Virus record (IMG/VR): IMGVR_UViG_3300032116_000017
From: an uncultured virus (IMG/VR IMGVR_UViG_3300032116_000017)
Taxonomy: Duplodnaviria; Heunggongvirae; Uroviricota; Caudoviricetes
Direction: 5' to 3' (one strand)
DNA length: 51,108 bases
This document shows positions 9,192 through 19,379 of the stretch, one piece after another. How positions within the stretch are numbered: position 1 is the stretch's first letter; each line of letters starts with the position of its first letter. The notes under the pieces are model-generated. The model made no database searches and had not been told where the DNA came from. It saw only the letters and a program-made list of their open reading frames with translations. Position numbers and translations under genes: made by a program.

Positions 9192-10945
9192 TATCTTCCT
9201 TTATTTTTAACATCTACAGTTCCAGTGAAGAACACATTTAACCCACATATATTAGATGTTGATATTGGATCTTCATCTGTATAGAAAGATCCATTTCTGT
9301 CATAAAAATTTCCTCTCAATACTGGTATTTCGCTTGGTTCGAAAATAATATCGCCTAATTGAGAGTCGATACCAAGTATTTTATTTGGATCGTAAGAGTT
9401 TGGTGATGAAGAAGGATCACTTCCGAAGTTTGACTCATCAAAAGAAGCTCTACTCAAAAGTGACTTTTGACCTTCTATGTGGTAATCTTCATTCTTTTTA
9501 CAAACAAATTCTACTTTTACTGAGTTGATATCAGCGATATTGGAAAGTAATTTAACAATATCTGATTTTGGAATTCTATCAATTTTATTAAGAGATAAGA
9601 AATAATTTGATATTTGACCTACTATTTGTGCTTTGACAGCGTCGGTTGTTGAATCTGAATAGTTGATAACCCAAACATTCATTACATAAAAAGACAATGT
9701 AGGTGACTTTACTATAAATTTCTTTGTTAATTGAATATTTCCACCTGATTTTAGGTAAGTGATTATTTTATTACGCTCATAAGAGTCTAACTCAAATGCT
9801 GATGTCTTTACTTTACCTGATTCAAAAGTGTTTTGAATCGGAATATTAAAGTAACTCTCATCATCTCTTTTAAACAAGTTTATGTTAGGTACAAGATATA
9901 TAAAAACGGTACCATTTTTTTCTTCAGCATTGACGTGTGTGAAGATACCAAGTTTTTTCAACTCATAAGCATACTGTTGAGGTAGAGCCAATACAAAGTT
10001 ATTAGAGGCTATTGGTAGAAGACTTCTAGTAAATAAATAGTTTTCTCTATCCGCTCCAAAATTGATATCATTATAAATTTCTATGTCAAATATTTTTTCT
10101 AACTCCACAGTGTCGCCACCTATGTCAAAAATATCATCAATAATTGACCAGTCATTAACAGTCCTTCTATAGATGTTGCCTATTGCACCATCAGAACAAA
10201 GGTATCTAACAATGATTTCAGAAGATATAGAAGGTATCCTACCAAATCCACCATTACCAAAAATGATATCAATTCCACCATCAAATGATGTTCTCACTAC
10301 ACAAGACCTTTCATTTGGTAGTAAGTCATAGACATGTTTTTTTAATTCAAAAATAATACCATCGACCGAAACTTCAACATTAAAGTTTTCAATATCTTTT
10401 TCACCGATCTCTTGAACATTATAAGTTTGCATCTGAGAACCATCACCTGTAAAGACTTGGCTTTTCCACTCTCCTTGTATAATAGGAATAGGAATAAACT
10501 TAGTATTATTGACGTTATATTCCAATTTGAATTTACCTATATTGAATGAGTAAAATAAGTTATTTGTTTTATTTTTTATTTTTGTTTTGTTATTTAATAC
10601 GATAACTCCACTTGGTAGTTCTTTCTCAATATCAATTGAGGTTTTTTTAATTAATCTAATTGTCCCAGTAGAACTAATTGAACGAAATGGAATATGACCA
10701 GCTAAAATTGCAGTATTCTTAATCACTCTTTCGTTGGTGCTATTGAACTTATTCAAATCTAATTGACTTATTGTATTTTTTAGATACAACAACGAAAGTT
10801 GATGTAGATTTTCAATCACAGCAAGTACCTGACCATAAGGGGAAGCAGGACTATATAAAAGACTAGCCTTATTGTGCTCCTCTCTTAAGTATCTTTCTAC
10901 TTCGTTTTTAATATTCGAAAAGGATATGGAAGAAAATGCTGTCAT
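9191..10945 (-). CDS. baseplate wedge subunit, T4 gp6-like
   Basis: A-x-LAGH-x-P, IQGE, IIFGNGGFGRIP, I-x-VRYLxSDG-x-xGN, GADRE pattern of gp6/baseplate-J-like proteins. Confidence 0.8.
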   Translation of the reverse strand: MTAFSSISFSNIKNEVERYLREEHNKASLLYSPASPYGQVLAVIENLHQLSLLYLKNTISQLDLNKFNSTNERVIKNTAILAGHIPFRSISSTGTIRLIKKTSIDIEKELPSGVIVLNNKTKIKNKTNNLFYSFNIGKFKLEYNVNNTKFIPIPIIQGEWKSQVFTGDGSQMQTYNVQEIGEKDIENFNVEVSVDGIIFELKKHVYDLLPNERSCVVRTSFDGGIDIIFGNGGFGRIPSISSEIIVRYLCSDGAIGNIYRRTVNDWSIIDDIFDIGGDTVELEKIFDIEIYNDINFGADRENYLFTRSLLPIASNNFVLALPQQYAYELKKLGIFTHVNAEEKNGTVFIYLVPNINLFKRDDESYFNIPIQNTFESGKVKTSAFELDSYERNKIITYLKSGGNIQLTKKFIVKSPTLSFYVMNVWVINYSDSTTDAVKAQIVGQISNYFLSLNKIDRIPKSDIVKLLSNIADINSVKVEFVCKKNEDYHIEGQKSLLSRASFDESNFGSDPSSSPNSYDPNKILGIDSQLGDIIFEPSEIPVLRGNFYDRNGSFYTDEDPISTSNICGLNVFFTGTVDVKNKGR

Positions 10946-10946
10946 A

Positions 10947-11267
10947 TTAGTTTAGTTTTTCTAAATAATCGGATGAGAATCTATTTTTAGTGAAAATATC
11001 ACTTACGTCGTTAGTAAAGTTAGATACAGAGGATTTTCTCTCCACTACTTGTGAATCATTTTCAAGTGGATTTGATTTATAGTTCCACTCAAATTCGTCA
11101 GAGTTTAAATCTTGTTTCTTGAACTCTAATTTTAAATTTTTATTTTCCTCATTGATGATCATCTCAATAAATGATACACCTTTAATAAACTTTTCATTTA
11201 CTATAACTTCACCATAGAGTGATTCTAACTCACTATGTAACTTATTTATGTTCTCTTTGAATTTCAT
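10947..11267 (-). CDS. hypothetical protein
   Basis: First gene of the baseplate unit; AATATATA at 11287-11294. Confidence 0.7.
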   Translation of the reverse strand: MKFKENINKLHSELESLYGEVIVNEKFIKGVSFIEMIINEENKNLKLEFKKQDLNSDEFEWNYKSNPLENDSQVVERKSSVSNFTNDVSDIFTKNRFSSDYLEKLN

Positions 11268-11381
11268 ACAGATTAAAAATTTATTTTATATATTAAATAC
11301 GTATTCCTTCAATTAAATTGATATTTAAAAAAATGGGTATTTTCTAAAAAAATATATATAATAAACAGAACTTTTAATAAA

Positions 11382-12101
11382 ATGAGTATTAAGGAAATAT
11401 CCGAAATTTTTGAGAAATATGGTTATAAAGGTGGGATTTTTATAATAATTATCTTTCTTTTGATTCTATTGGTAAAAAGCAAATGGTTTTCTGATTTCTT
11501 CTCTAAGATTTCGGATAAGTTTGTTGAAAGACTAATGAGAAATAAAGTTAAAGATATTAGTGTAGTGTCGAAATCTATAACTGACTCTGATATTACAAAT
11601 CACGATATTTTTAATTATATTGACTTTTGGATGTATTCGAAGGTTCCAACTTTGCAATTCTCAACAGACTATAGAACTGCAGTATTTAGAAAATACTTAA
11701 CAATTTATCTAAAATCTTACAAAAAAAATATTTCAGACTTCGTTCTTACAAAAGATTATCAAAATATGGATGATGCTAAAGTTTGGAAAGCTCTACTTAA
11801 TTTAATAAATAAAACAGTATTTGATTATGAAAGAGAATGTTTAGAAGTTGGAATTCCAAAAATCATCATAGATAAGATGAAAGTTAAAAATAACGATAAT
11901 ATAACTTTAACATTTGATTTGATTGAAGGTGTTTGTGGATCTCAATTTTATGATTCAGATAAGAATTTACTGAAAGTATATTCTATATTAAACATTCTAT
12001 TATCAGTTTTGGAAAATACGATTAGTAACTCAGAGAGTGTTTGTAATTCAATTAATGGACAACTAAAAGGTTTGAATTTTGAAGGTAGAACAGAACCTTA
12101 A
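11382..12101 (+). CDS. single-pass membrane protein
   Basis: GGIFIIIIFLLILLV near N-terminus followed by a soluble helical domain. Confidence 0.7.
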   Translation: MSIKEISEIFEKYGYKGGIFIIIIFLLILLVKSKWFSDFFSKISDKFVERLMRNKVKDISVVSKSITDSDITNHDIFNYIDFWMYSKVPTLQFSTDYRTAVFRKYLTIYLKSYKKNISDFVLTKDYQNMDDAKVWKALLNLINKTVFDYERECLEVGIPKIIIDKMKVKNNDNITLTFDLIEGVCGSQFYDSDKNLLKVYSILNILLSVLENTISNSESVCNSINGQLKGLNFEGRTEP

Positions 12102-12646
12102 TCCATTAAATCATAAACATCATCAGCTGTGAATTCATGATCTCTAATCTTTAAGTCATAGTCAGTAAAGCTTTGAAAGTCTAGTTCATCAGCGTCTAAT
12201 CTTCTTTTGATAGAGTCATTTTTATCTTCTCTTTTGAATAGTCTTGATTCTCTTACACTTCGGTCTATGTCTAAATAGACAACGAAACAATTTTTTCTTT
12301 GTTCAGTTGTTATGTTTTTAAACTCACCTGGTGTCATTATTAGAACCTGTGAATTATCAAACTCTTCTTGGGTTATTCCATAATACCAATTTTCAGGAGA
12401 TTTTCCTTCTGGTGTTACTTGAAACTTCTGATAAGCTAAGAATTTATTTTCATTTATTGATTGTACGAACTGAAAATCAGAAACAAAGTTATAATCTATA
12501 CCAGGTTTTTCAAATTTACGAACAGGTCTAGTAGTCCATTTAAGACAAGGTTTTAATCCTTTTTCTACAAGTTTTCTGACTAGAAAAGATTTACCACTAC
12601 CGGTTTTTCCGATAACTATACACTTTTCTTTTTTTGATTTATCCAT
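12098..12646 (-). CDS. gmk: guanylate kinase
   Basis: GKTGSGKS, TTRPVR..E..GIDYNFV, YYG, RRLDAD. Confidence 0.9.
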   Translation of the reverse strand: MDKSKKEKCIVIGKTGSGKSFLVRKLVEKGLKPCLKWTTRPVRKFEKPGIDYNFVSDFQFVQSINENKFLAYQKFQVTPEGKSPENWYYGITQEEFDNSQVLIMTPGEFKNITTEQRKNCFVVYLDIDRSVRESRLFKREDKNDSIKRRLDADELDFQSFTDYDLKIRDHEFTADDVYDLMD

Positions 12647-12677
12647 TATCTATTATAACAGATAATTTTAGAAAGTT

Positions 12678-12929
12678 TTAATTTCTACTTAAAGGTTTAT
12701 AATCAGGCATTACACCTTTGAAGTTTCTCTCTCCGGATAAATATGCTTCTTGGTCAGCTTTACAAGCAGCGTCATATTCAGGATCCTTTATCTCATCCTC
12801 TTTACATTTCATGCAAATGACCTCTTCATTGAACATTGATTGGGTTGTTGAGTTGTCAGTTGGACCTTTACATCTATCACAGAATTCTCTATACATTGAG
12901 AATGATTCGAATGTTTTTATGTTTTTCAT
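12678..12929 (-). CDS. small Zn-binding protein with N-terminal motif
   Basis: MKNIKTFESF; CDRC...SMFN...ICMKC. Confidence 0.7.
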   Translation of the reverse strand: MKNIKTFESFSMYREFCDRCKGPTDNSTTQSMFNEEVICMKCKEDEIKDPEYDAACKADQEAYLSGERNFKGVMPDYKPLSRN

Positions 12930-13438
12930 TTTTTGATTGTGTTAAAATCATTTTTAAGGAAGTTATTAAAATCTAAAACTTTTTTATCTTTCGATTTAAT
13001 TTCTCCTTCTCCAGATGTAAAGTCTTGTCTTTTAGCAAAGATATCTTTAAGTGCTTTTAAATCTAACCTTTTTTGTCTTGATTTCTTTCCAGTTCTGGGT
13101 CCATGTTCTTTACCCATCGGACTTGGCATTTTCTGAAAAACTCTATTGGATCCAGATGGATTGTATGGAATTGAAACATCACCCGAACCGACAGATCCGC
13201 CACCAGAAGCCCAGTTTGTACCTATTGTAGTTCCTGCTAATCCAGATGGTTGAGCATTTACAACAGCTCCCATTCCACCGACAGATGGGCCACCAGTTGC
13301 TGATGTATCTTCGAGTATAAGCGACTCTTTTTGTTTTATTGTTGAAACTATTTGTTCAAACAATACTTCATCACTGTGGTCTTCTTTCAAAAATCTAGAT
13401 TTAATTTGATATAATTCCATTAGGCTTAAATGTTCCAT
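12926..13438 (-). CDS. hypothetical protein with Gly/Ser-rich core
   Basis: 170-aa ORF; AATATATA at 13444-13451. Confidence 0.7.
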   Translation of the reverse strand: MEHLSLMELYQIKSRFLKEDHSDEVLFEQIVSTIKQKESLILEDTSATGGPSVGGMGAVVNAQPSGLAGTTIGTNWASGGGSVGSGDVSIPYNPSGSNRVFQKMPSPMGKEHGPRTGKKSRQKRLDLKALKDIFAKRQDFTSGEGEIKSKDKKVLDFNNFLKNDFNTIKK

Positions 13439-13450
13439 AAATCTATATAT

Positions 13451-13726
13451 TCAATTTTGTAAGCGGTTTCTTAGAAAAGTTATCTCGTGTCTATATTTTT
13501 CTACCCATTCAAAAACTAAGGATACATCATCACCAACAGTAAACGTTACCGCAAGTTGAGGATTGTCTATATCAACACCCTCGATATTAATTAGCATAAT
13601 TTTATTTTTCACAGGTGTGTAATATATCTGCATCTCAAAATCTTTAGACTTTCTCCAGAAAGTCTTTTTTGTTTTACCAACAATTACAACTTGACTCAAT
13701 AATCTTTTTAGTCTTTTGTAATTCAT
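13451..13726 (-). CDS. hypothetical protein
   Basis: 91-aa ORF. Confidence 0.6.
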   Translation of the reverse strand: MNYKRLKRLLSQVVIVGKTKKTFWRKSKDFEMQIYYTPVKNKIMLINIEGVDIDNPQLAVTFTVGDDVSLVFEWVEKYRHEITFLRNRLQN

Positions 13727-13796
13727 TGTGAAGATTTTTTTTTGAACAAACTCGTTTATAACTTATATATAATTTACTAAATATAGAAAAACATTA

Positions 13797-14462
13797 ATGA
13801 ATAAAGTGAAACTCTTAGAAGTAAAAAAACTTCTAAAAGAATTGGAGTTTATTGAATCTGATTTTGACTATCGAAATGAAATTATCGGAGAAGCAGATTC
13901 TGCTTTTATAAATTCAATCAATCAATTCTTATCACTTCATCCAGAACTTAAGGAAATCTATGACAACAAAATTACGGAAAAAATTAATCAATCAATCAAA
14001 AAAACGGAAGAATTCTCAGGAGAATCTACAACGGAAAATTCCGAATTGGTTGAACCAGATGATATCGAAAACGAGAAAATTGAATCTGAAAATATTGAGG
14101 AGAATGAAGAGGAAGTTAAGAATCAAAGCCATCTTTCGGTTATAAAAAAACTTTACAGAGAAATTGTAAAAATTACACATCCTGATAAAATTAAAAATAG
14201 TAGATTAAACGAGTTATATCTCAAATCAACACAATATTATGATAGTAATAATAAGATTGGAATTTATGCAGTTTGCAATGAGTTAAATATTAATTATGAA
14301 ATATCAGATGATGACATTGAATTGATTTATGGTGAAATAAAAAAATATCAACAGAAAATTAATTTTATTGAAAGTACATATACTTGGAAATGGTATAATT
14401 GTGATGACGATGGATTAAAAAATCAAATATTGGTAAATTATATCAAACAAAAAATTACATAA
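13797..14462 (+). CDS. J-domain-like (HPD) co-chaperone-related protein
   Basis: IKKLYREIVKITHPDK. Confidence 0.7.
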   Translation: MNKVKLLEVKKLLKELEFIESDFDYRNEIIGEADSAFINSINQFLSLHPELKEIYDNKITEKINQSIKKTEEFSGESTTENSELVEPDDIENEKIESENIEENEEEVKNQSHLSVIKKLYREIVKITHPDKIKNSRLNELYLKSTQYYDSNNKIGIYAVCNELNINYEISDDDIELIYGEIKKYQQKINFIESTYTWKWYNCDDDGLKNQILVNYIKQKIT

Positions 14463-15099
14463 CATTTATTTTAATCTTCTTGTCTTTTACTAAATCCTCT
14501 AATTCTTCTTTTCTAAAAGTCTCTTTATAAATATCATTAATCTTATCCTTATTCTGAAGTATCCACTCATTACCATTCGATGTAGTGTAGATATAGTTCT
14601 GGTCACCATCAACAATTTCAATAGTTCTTGATGTAAGTTTATCATAAAACTTTTTGACATCATCTTTAATTTTATAAATTTTTACATCATTCCATTTTGA
14701 AACAGTGTCATTGAATATTTGCATAAGAATATAGAGTGGATTCTCTAGTTCACTACTATTTATGTCATATAAAAACATAAATCTACAAGGTTTATTTAAA
14801 AATGTTTGATAGTCATTTGAATTTTCAAGAGGAGACTTCTTTAACGCTATACTTGATAAGGAGTTAATGAACTCTATGTTATCTGTTAAAACATCTAAAT
14901 CTAACTTATCTTGAAAATCATTTTGTGGCAATTTCAAAGTATCAAAGATATTTGTTTCCTCAGCGCCTATCGAAGATAGTAGTGCATCATGCCATACAGT
15001 TAGTGATTCAAGTAGATCCTCTACTCTCTGAAAATTTAAGTCGATGACCAACGATTCTTTGAACTGACTATATGTCTTGAGCCTTTTTAGATGTTTCAT
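14455..15099 (-). CDS. hypothetical protein with N-terminal motif
   Basis: MKHLKRLKTYSQFKES. Confidence 0.75.
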   Translation of the reverse strand: MKHLKRLKTYSQFKESLVIDLNFQRVEDLLESLTVWHDALLSSIGAEETNIFDTLKLPQNDFQDKLDLDVLTDNIEFINSLSSIALKKSPLENSNDYQTFLNKPCRFMFLYDINSSELENPLYILMQIFNDTVSKWNDVKIYKIKDDVKKFYDKLTSRTIEIVDGDQNYIYTTSNGNEWILQNKDKINDIYKETFRKEELEDLVKDKKIKINVM

Positions 15100-15103
15100 A
15101 ATT

Positions 15104-15139
15104 TATATATTAAAAAAAGAGATTCAATTTTAATATATA
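15104..15139. promoter_or_regulatory. divergent pair of AATATATA putative late promoters
   Basis: TATATATT 15104-15111 (-) and AATATATA 15132-15139 (+), 4 and 6 nt from divergent ATGs. Confidence 0.65.
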
Positions 15140-15145
15140 AGAAGT

Positions 15146-16504
15146 ATGAAATGGATCAGAGGTTATCAACTTTTTAAAGAATCAAAGACTTATGCTAACA
15201 AAAACATTATTAGTGAGATTTGCATCTCTATGGTTCTATTGAATAATGAATTTCTTGACTCAATATTAGATAGAGGACTAAAAGCTAGGTATTCTGAGAA
15301 TTCTCAGATATTTTTAACAGACTTAAAGAATTTACTTCTTGCTAAGAATAGACTTGAGTTAGGTAAATTTGTGGATGGTAAATGTGTAACAGATGATGAG
15401 GTTTCTAAAATAAACGGTGGATTCGATGAGATAGATTTTGATATTGAAAAAGATTGGAATATACTTTTAAATGCTAGATTAGCTGCTCGTAGTATTATTG
15501 ATAAACTACTCCCAGATCAAAAACTTGAATCTGAAATGATTTCAAAAGTTTATTGGTTAGGTCCTAATAAAGACAACGAAAACAAAGAAGATATTGTTTT
15601 AGAACTAAAAGACGGGAAACAATTTTCATTTTACATAAATAAAAGTTTAAGTAGTCAAAAGAGCTCTTCTTTTAATACATTCGCTGAAGACTTATTAGGA
15701 TCTAATTTAGAAAAACTATATTCAGAAGAGTATTTACCAAAATGGGATAAATTAGTACAACAATGGATTAAAATAATTTATGAAAATTCTAATAAAAATA
15801 TTCAAAGACATATAGAAAATTTCATTGATCCAAATAGAATAGATACTATGAAATATTTTGAATACTTTGATATTAGACACAGTGATCCTAAATTTAAACA
15901 TTTAGGTGAGTTTATTGATGAGTTTAGTAAGAACATTTTAAAATTTGACGAACTACTTAATGAAGTTTGGAAAAACAAAGAAAGATGCTTTGTTGATGTC
16001 GATAGAGTTGAAAAAGATTGGAATGAAACAAAGATAGTTATTCTAAACTCAAAAATATTAGAGAACTTATTTACAAACTCGCTCAAAACTCAATTTCCAG
16101 AAGATATCAAAAAAGTTGATGATAATTTTAAAGAAGCCGCTGGTACTGTTAAAATGAAATTTATTAAAACAGTTGTTGATAAAATGGGTTGCTTAGAAAG
16201 ACCAATTTACTATGTCGGTACAGGAGGTAAAGATTTTAATCTATTACCATCGAGAGAGTTCTTTAGAGAGAACTATGATAATTTACAACTATTATTTGAC
16301 TACCACGTAAACTTTGAAATAAGTCAATTAGACAATGACTTTAAAATTAAATTGATACTTAATTTCGAAAATGAAAAACTAATCGAAATGGACATCATTA
16401 TTAAATTTAGTGGAAGTGAGTTATCTGGAAAACTTAGTTCAAAATACAGGTATGAAATTCCTGCAAATTTTAACTATCTAGTCTCAAAGAATATCTTAGA
16501 TTAA
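15146..16504 (+). CDS. hypothetical protein with N-terminal motif
   Basis: MKWIRGYQLFKES; 452 aa. Confidence 0.75.
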   Translation: MKWIRGYQLFKESKTYANKNIISEICISMVLLNNEFLDSILDRGLKARYSENSQIFLTDLKNLLLAKNRLELGKFVDGKCVTDDEVSKINGGFDEIDFDIEKDWNILLNARLAARSIIDKLLPDQKLESEMISKVYWLGPNKDNENKEDIVLELKDGKQFSFYINKSLSSQKSSSFNTFAEDLLGSNLEKLYSEEYLPKWDKLVQQWIKIIYENSNKNIQRHIENFIDPNRIDTMKYFEYFDIRHSDPKFKHLGEFIDEFSKNILKFDELLNEVWKNKERCFVDVDRVEKDWNETKIVILNSKILENLFTNSLKTQFPEDIKKVDDNFKEAAGTVKMKFIKTVVDKMGCLERPIYYVGTGGKDFNLLPSREFFRENYDNLQLLFDYHVNFEISQLDNDFKIKLILNFENEKLIEMDIIIKFSGSELSGKLSSKYRYEIPANFNYLVSKNILD

Positions 16505-17640
16505 GCAGCGACTATAGTTGCCTTAAGCAACGGTAGTCCATTAGATAAACTCTTATTTAAATCAGCATATGCTTTTTGTTTATCCTTTTCAATTTTTTCT
16601 CTAAACGATTCATAAAGCTGTCTTTGTGTTTTATAAGGATTTACACCACCGGCTGGATTCGGAGCAAAGAAGCTAACAGCTGTATTTTTAAGTAGTGTAT
16701 CATATCCTTCAATCTGAACCTGATAAGCTAAAAGAACTACAAGCTTAGCATCAATAAACTTAGAAATCGCGTCATATTTAAGTCTTTTTGATTCAATTTT
16801 TTTCATTTCCAAATTTAAGTAAGTAGATATCAATACTTTAGATTGTGGTTTTATGATAAAATCTAAATAATGAGTGTGTAAAAATAAATCCCCAATGGAT
16901 GAAAGTTTCTTTTTTCCTTCTTTAATCATAGATTTACAAACATGATATATTGCATATATTCCAGATATGCTCAAAATTGAATGACTTGTTATAGGAGACC
17001 AACCAGCTCCATGATCTAAAACACCCGTAGGATCCGCAGCTACTAACTCTATATAATCCGGAGGAACGTGAAATGATGTGTTCTCAAACTTAGTAGCTCT
17101 ATCGATTAAAGTCATCATGTAATTGAGGTCCTCATCTAACTCAGAGTTAAAATATTGTATTTTATGAAAGTCCGAAGCAACTTGTTTTTTCATTAAATAG
17201 ATATCTTCAAACATTTTGTCCTCTCTTCTTAGTGGCTTGAAAGGAGAATCCGGATCATCGTCCATCTCTCTATCGGTTTTCACACCATCTAATCTATCAG
17301 ATACAATTGATGGATTTAAGTCTTCATCATCTGTTGTCCATGGTACATAAAGTGGTCCTAATTGTTTTTTTAAATCCGTTCCATAAACCATTTTATTTGC
17401 ATCTTCGTCTGACAAATAATCACCGTTTTCTTCATCTCTTTTTTCATAGACAGGATAAACCTTTATAGTATTTGCTCTTTTAAGAGTCATTCTTTTATAA
17501 CATTGTCTATCAGACATATAATGTTGCTTAACATTAAAACTTGCTGGTAAAAAATATGCTTCATTAGTCAAGATAAATAGTCTGACAGTATCTTCCAAAA
17601 TGTTCATTTCAGGACTAAAACCTTGTTCCTTAAAATCCAT
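16501..17640 (-). CDS. hypothetical protein
   Basis: 379-aa ORF; AATATATA at 17657-17664. Confidence 0.75.
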   Translation of the reverse strand: MDFKEQGFSPEMNILEDTVRLFILTNEAYFLPASFNVKQHYMSDRQCYKRMTLKRANTIKVYPVYEKRDEENGDYLSDEDANKMVYGTDLKKQLGPLYVPWTTDDEDLNPSIVSDRLDGVKTDREMDDDPDSPFKPLRREDKMFEDIYLMKKQVASDFHKIQYFNSELDEDLNYMMTLIDRATKFENTSFHVPPDYIELVAADPTGVLDHGAGWSPITSHSILSISGIYAIYHVCKSMIKEGKKKLSSIGDLFLHTHYLDFIIKPQSKVLISTYLNLEMKKIESKRLKYDAISKFIDAKLVVLLAYQVQIEGYDTLLKNTAVSFFAPNPAGGVNPYKTQRQLYESFREKIEKDKQKAYADLNKSLSNGLPLLKATIVAA

Positions 17641-17720
17641 AATTTTTTTTTATTTTTATATATTTGATTAAACATCTTCTATCGACTGCTATATAAATAA
17701 AAAATTAAAATTTTATCAAT

Positions 17721-18050
17721 ATGGCTACAAATTCAAAGCACAGAAAGAATCATAAACAAAAAGTAGAAGCTAGAAAAAAAAGAATGGCTCATCAAAAAAG
17801 AACTCAGGAAAAATTCCAAAGAGAATTTATTATGAATTTGATTAAACAAGAGCAAGAAAAAGGACTTTTTGAATCATCTACACCAGTTGATGGACCAGTT
17901 ATTGATGGACCAGTTATTGATGGACCAGTTATTGATGGACCAGTTATTGACGGACCAGTTATTGACGGACCAGTTATTGACGGACCAGTTATTGACGGAC
18001 CAGTTATTGACGGACCAGTTATTGACGGACCAGTTGAAGAGACCAAATAA
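17721..18050 (+). CDS. basic N-terminus/(GPVID)9 repeat protein
   Basis: Own promoter-like motif upstream and terminator downstream. Confidence 0.75.
   Translation: MATNSKHRKNHKQKVEARKKRMAHQKRTQEKFQREFIMNLIKQEQEKGLFESSTPVDGPVIDGPVIDGPVIDGPVIDGPVIDGPVIDGPVIDGPVIDGPVIDGPVEETK
17892..18035 (+). repeat. 15-bp tandem repeat GGACCAGTTATTGAY, 9 full units plus a partial
   Basis: 3 units end GAT, the next 6 end GAC. Confidence 0.97.
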
Positions 18051-18071
18051 ATTAAAAGAATACTAAAAAAG

Positions 18072-18118
18072 AAAAAACGCTAATCAATGAATTTTTTCTT
18101 TGATTTAGCGTTTTTTTT
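18072..18118 (+). terminator. intrinsic terminator
   Basis: AAAAAACGCTAA...TTAGCGTTTTTTTT. Confidence 0.75.
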
Positions 18119-18293
18119 ATGCTAACTGTAAGATATTTTCTAGCAAGTTCAGTTTTTTCACAACAACTTTGATCTACTTTACACTTCAGTAGATAGTTAT
18201 TTGCGAGTAAAATAGATTTAACATTCCATTTGTTCATAATTAACAAAACTTTTACTTCACATATATATAAAAATAAAAAAATAATTTTTTACT

Positions 18294-19364
18294 GTGTCAA
18301 AAAATAAACAAAATATAAATTTGAACATCAATAAAGATGATTCAGATATCAATGATTTTATTTACTGTTGGTCTAAATTTGAAGACAGACCTAATAAAAT
18401 AACAATCCATTCGAGCTACAACCAACATCTATTCACTGATTTTATCTCTAAGCATGAAGTCAGTCGTAATATTTTCACAGAAATAATACCATCACCAGAT
18501 GAGGATATTATAAATGATAAAATTTTAATTCAGATTGAAGAGGATATCTATTTGTCTTATGTTGTAGTTGATAGGAAAATGGAAAGTTCAATTGTAAGTG
18601 ACTTAACATTCTTTTATAAATCAATCTCTAATTTAGAATTAATAGAATCACTTATCGATGAACTAAAAAAATGCACAATTGAGTTTTATGAAGATGAGTC
18701 TTCTAACCTCAACACACTAACAATTAGTTCTTCCAATTCACTTGAAATCGAACCAATAGATTTAGATGACACTAACGGTCATTTTGATTGTTATTATAAC
18801 GAAAAAACATTTAAAGAAGTAGATAAACTAATTAAAAAAATAAAAAAATCAAATAAGGGTTTATCCGTTCTATGGGGAGAAAGAGGTACTGGTAAAAGTT
18901 CGATTATAAACTACATCGCGAAGAAACTAGACAGAATTGTAATTTTTATTCCTAATAACTTAATTGACCATACAATAAATAATCCAGATTTTAGAAAGTT
19001 TCTTAAAAAGTATGATAAACCAATATTAGTTATAGATGACTGTGAAATGTTATTTAATGAATTTTTCAATAAATCTAATATCATCACAAACAATCTATTA
19101 CAACTGATAGATGGATTCTTATCTGATCTAATTAATCTAAATGTTATTACAATTTTTAATGTTGAAGATGAAAGTGAGATAGATCACACTATTTTAGATT
19201 GTAATAATCTTATAGACTCTGTTTATTTTGACTACTTGACTTCTGATGAGAGTAAAGAATTATCATCAATATTGAATTATAATAAAAAATATAAATCAAG
19301 TACTAAACTTATTGATGTTATTAAGAAAAATAACAATATTGGAAATAAAAAGATTGGATTTTAA
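18294..19364 (+). CDS. AAA+ ATPase
   Basis: GERGTGKS, LVIDDCE, NLLQLIDGF, C-terminal KIGF. Confidence 0.85.
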   Translation: MSKNKQNINLNINKDDSDINDFIYCWSKFEDRPNKITIHSSYNQHLFTDFISKHEVSRNIFTEIIPSPDEDIINDKILIQIEEDIYLSYVVVDRKMESSIVSDLTFFYKSISNLELIESLIDELKKCTIEFYEDESSNLNTLTISSSNSLEIEPIDLDDTNGHFDCYYNEKTFKEVDKLIKKIKKSNKGLSVLWGERGTGKSSIINYIAKKLDRIVIFIPNNLIDHTINNPDFRKFLKKYDKPILVIDDCEMLFNEFFNKSNIITNNLLQLIDGFLSDLINLNVITIFNVEDESEIDHTILDCNNLIDSVYFDYLTSDESKELSSILNYNKKYKSSTKLIDVIKKNNNIGNKKIGF

Positions 19365-19379
19365 AATATATACTAAATT

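Noticed and set aside
15146..16504. PD-(D/E)xK nuclease call from EDIVLELKDGKQFSF
   Set aside because: The expected catalytic (D/E)xK residues are not convincingly present
17892..18035. CRISPR array
   Set aside because: Contiguous 15-bp units with no spacers, in frame within a CDS
17804..18066. Alternative-frame ORFs (ITGPS)n and (DQLLT/M)n
   Set aside because: By-products of a stop-free repeat; GAT/GAC variation is synonymous in the GPVID frame, which also has promoter and terminator support
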